In this document: positions 9,096 to 13,553 of the stretch, piece by piece
How the letters are laid out: every line of letters starts with the position of its first letter
Position numbering within the stretch: position 1 is the first letter of the stretch
Assembly: GCA_020184695.1 (NCBI GenBank)
Contig: JAANOX010000013.1
Location: 1-13,553 of the forward strand
Direction of reading: 5' to 3'
Origin: Histomonas meleagridis 2922-C6/04-290x
Taxonomy: Eukaryota; Protista; Parabasalia
DNA length: 13,553 nucleotides
Position numbers and translations under genes: made by a program
Notes under the pieces: generated by a model
Seen by the model: only the letters and a program-made list of their open reading frames with translations
Told to the model about the DNA's origin: nothing
Database searches by the model: none

Positions 9096-9549
9096 ATCCG
9101 ACCAGATAATATTTCACATCACATGTCTCTTGACACTTTTTGTAAACTAGTCAAAAGAAATTTGAAAAATTTTCATAAAAATTTCCAATTTTTCATCAAT
9201 TTTGACAGAATTCAATTGTTATTTGGTCAAAAATATCAAATAAACTATTTAAAAAGTCTAATTTTTTACATTAATGGGGTGCTGCACAGCAAAAATCATC
9301 AAAATTTTCAAAATTTCAAAAATCTATTTTTTAAACTTAATATCAGTAGTACTTCTCATGTTTTAATGATCATTTTGCTTAATTTTTCAATTTTTATTGA
9401 GATTTTCTAATTATTAATAATTAATTCTAATTTTTAAAATTAATCATAAATTCATCTATAAAATATGATTTTGAACAATTTTTATTAAGATGATTTTCAT
9501 CAAATATCATTTTGAAATATTCTTTTTTAATTAAATAAATATTTCTTAT
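9096..9549 (+). repeat. IGS subrepeat family C, copy C2
   Basis: Colinear with C1 and ends at the first TTAACGGTCA (9550). Confidence 0.8.
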
Positions 9550-9791
9550 TTAACGGTCATTTCAAAGGAAAAATTAACGGTCAATTAGAAATCAAAATTA
9601 ACGGTCAATTAAAATGAAAATTAACGGTCAATTAAAATAAGAATTAACGGTCAATCAAGAAGAAATTAACGGTCAATTAAAATAAGAATTAACGGTCAAT
9701 CAAAAATGTAAATTAACGGTCACTTAAACATAAAATTAACGGTCACTTAAACTTAAAGTTAACGGTCATTTAAAATAGAAGTTAACGATCA
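9550..9791 (+). repeat. Tandem array of 11 TTAACGGTCA motifs, period 22-24 nt
   Basis: Motif starts at 9550, 9574, 9598, 9621, 9644, 9666, 9689, 9713, 9736, 9759 and 9782 (the last is TTAACGATCA), separated by A-rich linkers. Confidence 0.95.
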
Positions 9792-10068
9792 TTTTGCGTA
9801 GAAATTATTTGACTAAGTCTGTTCGACCGAGTAATTTTTCACATCACATTTCAATGTGTCACTTTTCGATAAACCATTGAAAAAGTCGAATCTGACACTA
9901 ATTTTTCCTTTATTGTTTCTGCCTTCCTTTATTCGCATTTTTAAACTTAGAATGTTCAGTATTTATGCTCTAATATCCTAATTTCCCTTAATTTTCTATT
10001 TCTTCCTATTTCATCTAAAAAATCAAAAATTAACGGTCACCCATTAACAAATTATTTTGTTTAGGTTT

Positions 10069-10488
10069 GTTCGACTAGATAATATTTCACATAATATGTC
10101 TGTTTAAAATCATATCGTACTTTTTGTAAATCAGTGAAAATCCCATCGGTATTTATTTAATGAATGTAAAAAATAAACTATTCAAAAAACAATTTCGAAT
10201 TTTGCTGTGCAGGAACACAGCAAAAATCATCAAAATTTTCAAAAATTCAAAAATTGCATTTTTAAACTTAATACCTAATGGCATTCATATGTTCTTATGA
10301 TTATTTTGCTTAATTTTTGATTTTCATCGAGATTTTCTAATTATTAATAATTAATTCAAAAATTCAAAATTAATCATAAAATCATGCTTAAAATCAAATT
10401 TTTAGTATTTTTTATTAAGATGATTTTCATCAAAAATCATTTTAAAAATTTGTTTTTAATTAAAAAAAAAATATTTTATTAACGGTCA
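10069..10488 (+). repeat. IGS subrepeat family C, copy C3 (more diverged)
   Basis: CACAGCAAAAATCATCAAAATTTTC at 10216 and TAAGATGATTTTCATCAAA as in C2. Like C2, it ends with TTAACGGTCA (10479). Confidence 0.75.
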
Positions 10489-11204
10489 TTTATTAATGAA
10501 CTTTAAAATTGTTATTTTATGGTTATTTTTCAAAAAAATAATCAAAAAAAAATGTGTCACTTTTGATCGGCATATTATAAAAAAAACGTTTATTCCATCT
10601 TTAGAACAAAGAAATTGTGAAAAAAAATTGATAATTTTGATTAAAATATCAATTAATAGTGTTAAATAACTATTTGGTTGATTATATTTCAATTTTTTTA
10701 ATCTTAAAAAAATTCATACATTTTTGAATTTAATATTGGAATTAGGTTGTTTATAAAAAAGCTAAGTCATTTTAATAATTATTAACGTTGGTTAAATAAA
10801 ATTATGATGTTTCTTATAGTTAAAATTGAGATATTGATCATCGAAAATTTAGTCAATGATTTTGTAGAAAATTGTTATTATGAATCTACTTCTTGTATAT
10901 TTAAATTGGTTTAGTAAAAATTTTTTTCAATTTCATTTATTCATGAAATTGTCTAGATTTAGTTATTATTTAATATAAAATTAGTATTTAAAGATTGAAT
11001 TCTTTAATAATTAACCTTGTATTTGTTAATATAATTATTGATTTTATTTGTTTGTTTGTTGTTCAAAATTTGGAAATGTAAAGTTTTATAAATTTTAGTT
11101 TTGAACTAATATTTGTTAAATTATAACTTGTTTAAACTTAATTATATCATTTTAAGTTAAAATTTAGTTTTAATTATTGATTTTATTAGGTAATATTGTT
11201 AAAA

Positions 11205-11300
11205 ATTATTTCTTCTTTTGTCACTTTTTAACGTCCGAATGATACGTTAAGGAATACGTTAATGATTGTCAATTTTATGATAAACATCAGAAAAAATGTA
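11205..11300 (+). repeat. Degenerate family-A-like segment
   Basis: TGTCACTTTTTAACGTCCGAAT...ACGTTAATGATTGTCAATTTT...CATCAGAAAAAATG aligns by eye with A1 TGTCACTTTTTGACATTCAAAT...ACGTTAATAATGTCAGTTTT...CCTCAGAAATAATG (479-545). Confidence 0.55.
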
Positions 11301-12600
11301 AAGTATAGAATAGAAAATTATTTTAAAATTAAATTAATTTCATTTTATAATTAAAATATTTAAATTTATTTAATAAATTTATTTAATAATATTTTTAAAT
11401 TTTATTATATTATCAAAAAATTTAAAATTTATTCAATTTAAAAAAATTGATCTTAAATTTAAAAAATTTTAAAATTAATTAAATTGAATAATTTTTATTT
11501 TATATAATACTTTAAAAATATTCTTAAATTATTTTAAACTTAATTTTACTTAATATTATTTATATAATCTAATAAATTCATTTTAATGTTGAAATTTTTC
11601 AAAGTTTTTGTTTTATTAAAAAAGTTTTTTTATAATTAATATTTTAATTAATAATATAGTTATTAATATATTAGAGCATTTAATTAATAATATTTATTAT
11701 TAAATTAATTGATTTTAAATTATGAAATAAAAATTTTTTTAATAAGTGAAAATTTTAAGAGGTATTTTAAGTCTGAAAAAATCTACATTTCTTATATATA
11801 TTTTTAAAAATAAATGAAAAAAATTTTTTTAAAGTTTTAAAAATAGAATTTTTTAATATAAAAATTATAGATTTATTAATAAAACATTTAAATTTAAAAT
11901 ATTTTTAAAATATTTTTATTAAAATTATTGATTTTTAACATTTTTCAATTTTTTCATAATTTTAATAGAAAATTATCAAATAGAATGATTTTATTAAAAT
12001 ATAGTATATAAATATTTTATAAAATATTAAAAATTATGATTATAATTTATTAATATTATTAATGAATTAATTATATATAAAAAATTATAATCAATTTTTT
12101 AAAATTCCTGCATGGCGACCGTTAAGAACAAAAATTAAAATAACTTTATAATTAAATAATATTTGATAATTTAATCAATAAATTTAATTTTATTGTTTTA
12201 ATATTTAATTAATTATTTAATTAAAATTACAAAATATTTTAAATTAATAATTTTTTTTATTAAATTATTTAAAAATCCTTAACGGTCGCCACAATATTTT
12301 AATTTATTAAAAAAAATTTTGAATTCTTAAAATTTTTTAAAATTTAATACATTATTAAATTAAATTTAATTCATATTTATTATCTTTATATTCAAAATTT
12401 TGATTTTTTAAAATTTTGAAATATCTAAATTTATTCATAAAAAAGTGAAAATTTCATTATACTTTAAGTAAAAAAAGTTTTAATTTATTCCTAATGTTTA
12501 AAAATATTTAATCTTTTAATAAAAATATCTTAAAAAATTCAAAATTAATTTTTATTCATTTCATGAATTTTGATTTTTTTTAAATCATTTTATATTATAT
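11300..12600. other. Extremely AT-rich low-complexity spacer tract
   Basis: Almost devoid of G/C except for the two inverted-repeat arms; no ORFs in the track. Confidence 0.85.
12113..12291. repeat. Perfect 14-bp inverted repeat pair (TGGCGACCGTTAAG ... CTTAACGGTCGCCA) with a 151-nt AT-rich spacer
   Basis: The arms at 12113-12126 and 12278-12291 are exact reverse complements. Confidence 0.9.
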
Positions 12601-12603
12601 TCG

Positions 12604-13553
12604 TAATCATTTTGGCACTAAATTATAATTTTATTGTTAATAATTTTAGATGTTGGATAGTTCGGTCTGCTATGGGGGTACCTAAAAAAAGATTGGAATG
12701 CCTTGAAATCAATAAACATTAATTTTTTTCGTAATAATGATATTATTATTTATTACTTGATTGTTTATGTGTATGTTAATTCATTTTGTGGAAATTATTA
12801 TTATTTTAGTACGTAAAAATTATTCATTTTAAATGTTGATTTTTGCATTAATATTGTTGTTAAATTTTATCTATGTGTTAGTTATTTAAGGTTGTCGTTA
12901 TTAATTTTTGTTTTAATCCTTAAATTATTTCAAATTTTTCATTTGAAATGATTAGTTGAGAAAAAATTGAAAATTTGATTGAATTCATTGTTTTAACAAT
13001 GTTATAAACTAGTTGTGTCTTAAATTAATACTTTAAATTAACTTTCTTTTGTCAATTTAGTTCGTTTGTAATCTATTTTTGTGTCACTTTTTGACATTCA
13101 AATAAGACGTTAATAATGTCAGTTTTAAATATACCTCAGAAATAATGTTTTAAAATCAAAAAGAATGTTTTAAAATCAATTTTGTTCAAAATTCTAAGTA
13201 AAAAATATTCACTAATGTTGTTGTATTACTCAAAAATATCAAAAAATCGATTTTTATTAAAATTGAAAATTACTCAATTTTGACAAATTTTGAATTTAAT
13301 GGAAGAAAAAAAACTAGGATTTTGCAAGAATATTTTGTTTACTTCGAATTGTATTGTCTAAAAAAACTATATTTTGAATAATTTTGTCAAATATAGAAAT
13401 GTCAGAAAAATATTGGAAATTATTAGTTTTAATACTTTAAAACATTGTTTAATTGACTCTGTAGATTTCATTTTTCAATTTATTAGTAAATTTTCAAATT
13501 TTTATTTGGATGGAAATTCGAAGATTTTGAACTCAATAAACATTAATTTTTTT
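12604..13553 (+). repeat. Start of the next rDNA unit (or terminal overlap of a circular contig); copy of 1-950
   Basis: Direct visual alignment to 1-950 gives about 25-30 substitutions and no net indel. Confidence 0.93.

Larger units (their letters stand above)
1..12603 (+). repeat. Complete rDNA repeat unit (IGS-18S-ITS1-5.8S-ITS2-28S-IGS), period 12,603 nt
   Basis: TAATCATTTTGGCACTAAATT at position 1 recurs at 12604. The two copies stay colinear with a constant 12,603 offset to the window end (e.g. TGTCAC at 479 and 13082). Exactly one set of rRNA genes lies between them. Confidence 0.93.

Noticed and set aside
9123-9410. 95-aa ORF in C2
   Set aside because: It is an F/K/N/I-rich translation of a spacer repeat, with no equivalent ORF called in C1 or C3.
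9550-9791. CRISPR-like appearance of the TTAACGGTCA array
   Set aside because: The repeat is only 10 nt, the linkers are 12-14 nt and similar to each other, there are no cas genes, and the context is eukaryotic rDNA.
10486-10692. 68-aa minus-strand ORF
   Set aside because: It is an AT-rich chance ORF with no protein-like features.

Overview
This window is one complete eukaryotic nuclear rDNA repeat unit plus the first 950 nt of the next unit. Positions 1-950 recur at 12604-13553, a period of 12,603 nt. The rRNA genes (18S ~3987-5469, 5.8S ~5543-5701, 28S ~5758-8613, all + strand) carry parabasalid (trichomonad) signatures, and the AT-rich style resembles Dientamoeba/Histomonas relatives. There are no credible protein-coding genes. 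The main anomaly is that the 18S lacks roughly 165-175 nt of the universally conserved central domain (junction at 4764/4765), and a few near-invariant rRNA positions also deviate, so this unit may be a defective copy or a misassembly. The ~8 kb intergenic spacer is highly structured. It has three families of long subrepeats (~824, ~605 and ~455 nt) and two GC-rich tRNA-like A-box/B-box cassettes on the minus strand. It also has an 11-copy ~23-nt array of a Myb-type motif (TTAACGGTCA), a perfect 14-bp inverted pair of a related motif in an extremely AT-rich tract, and two further dispersed co-oriented motifs that are candidate Pol I terminator and promoter elements. Comparisons with reference rRNAs and primers are from memory, not from database searches.
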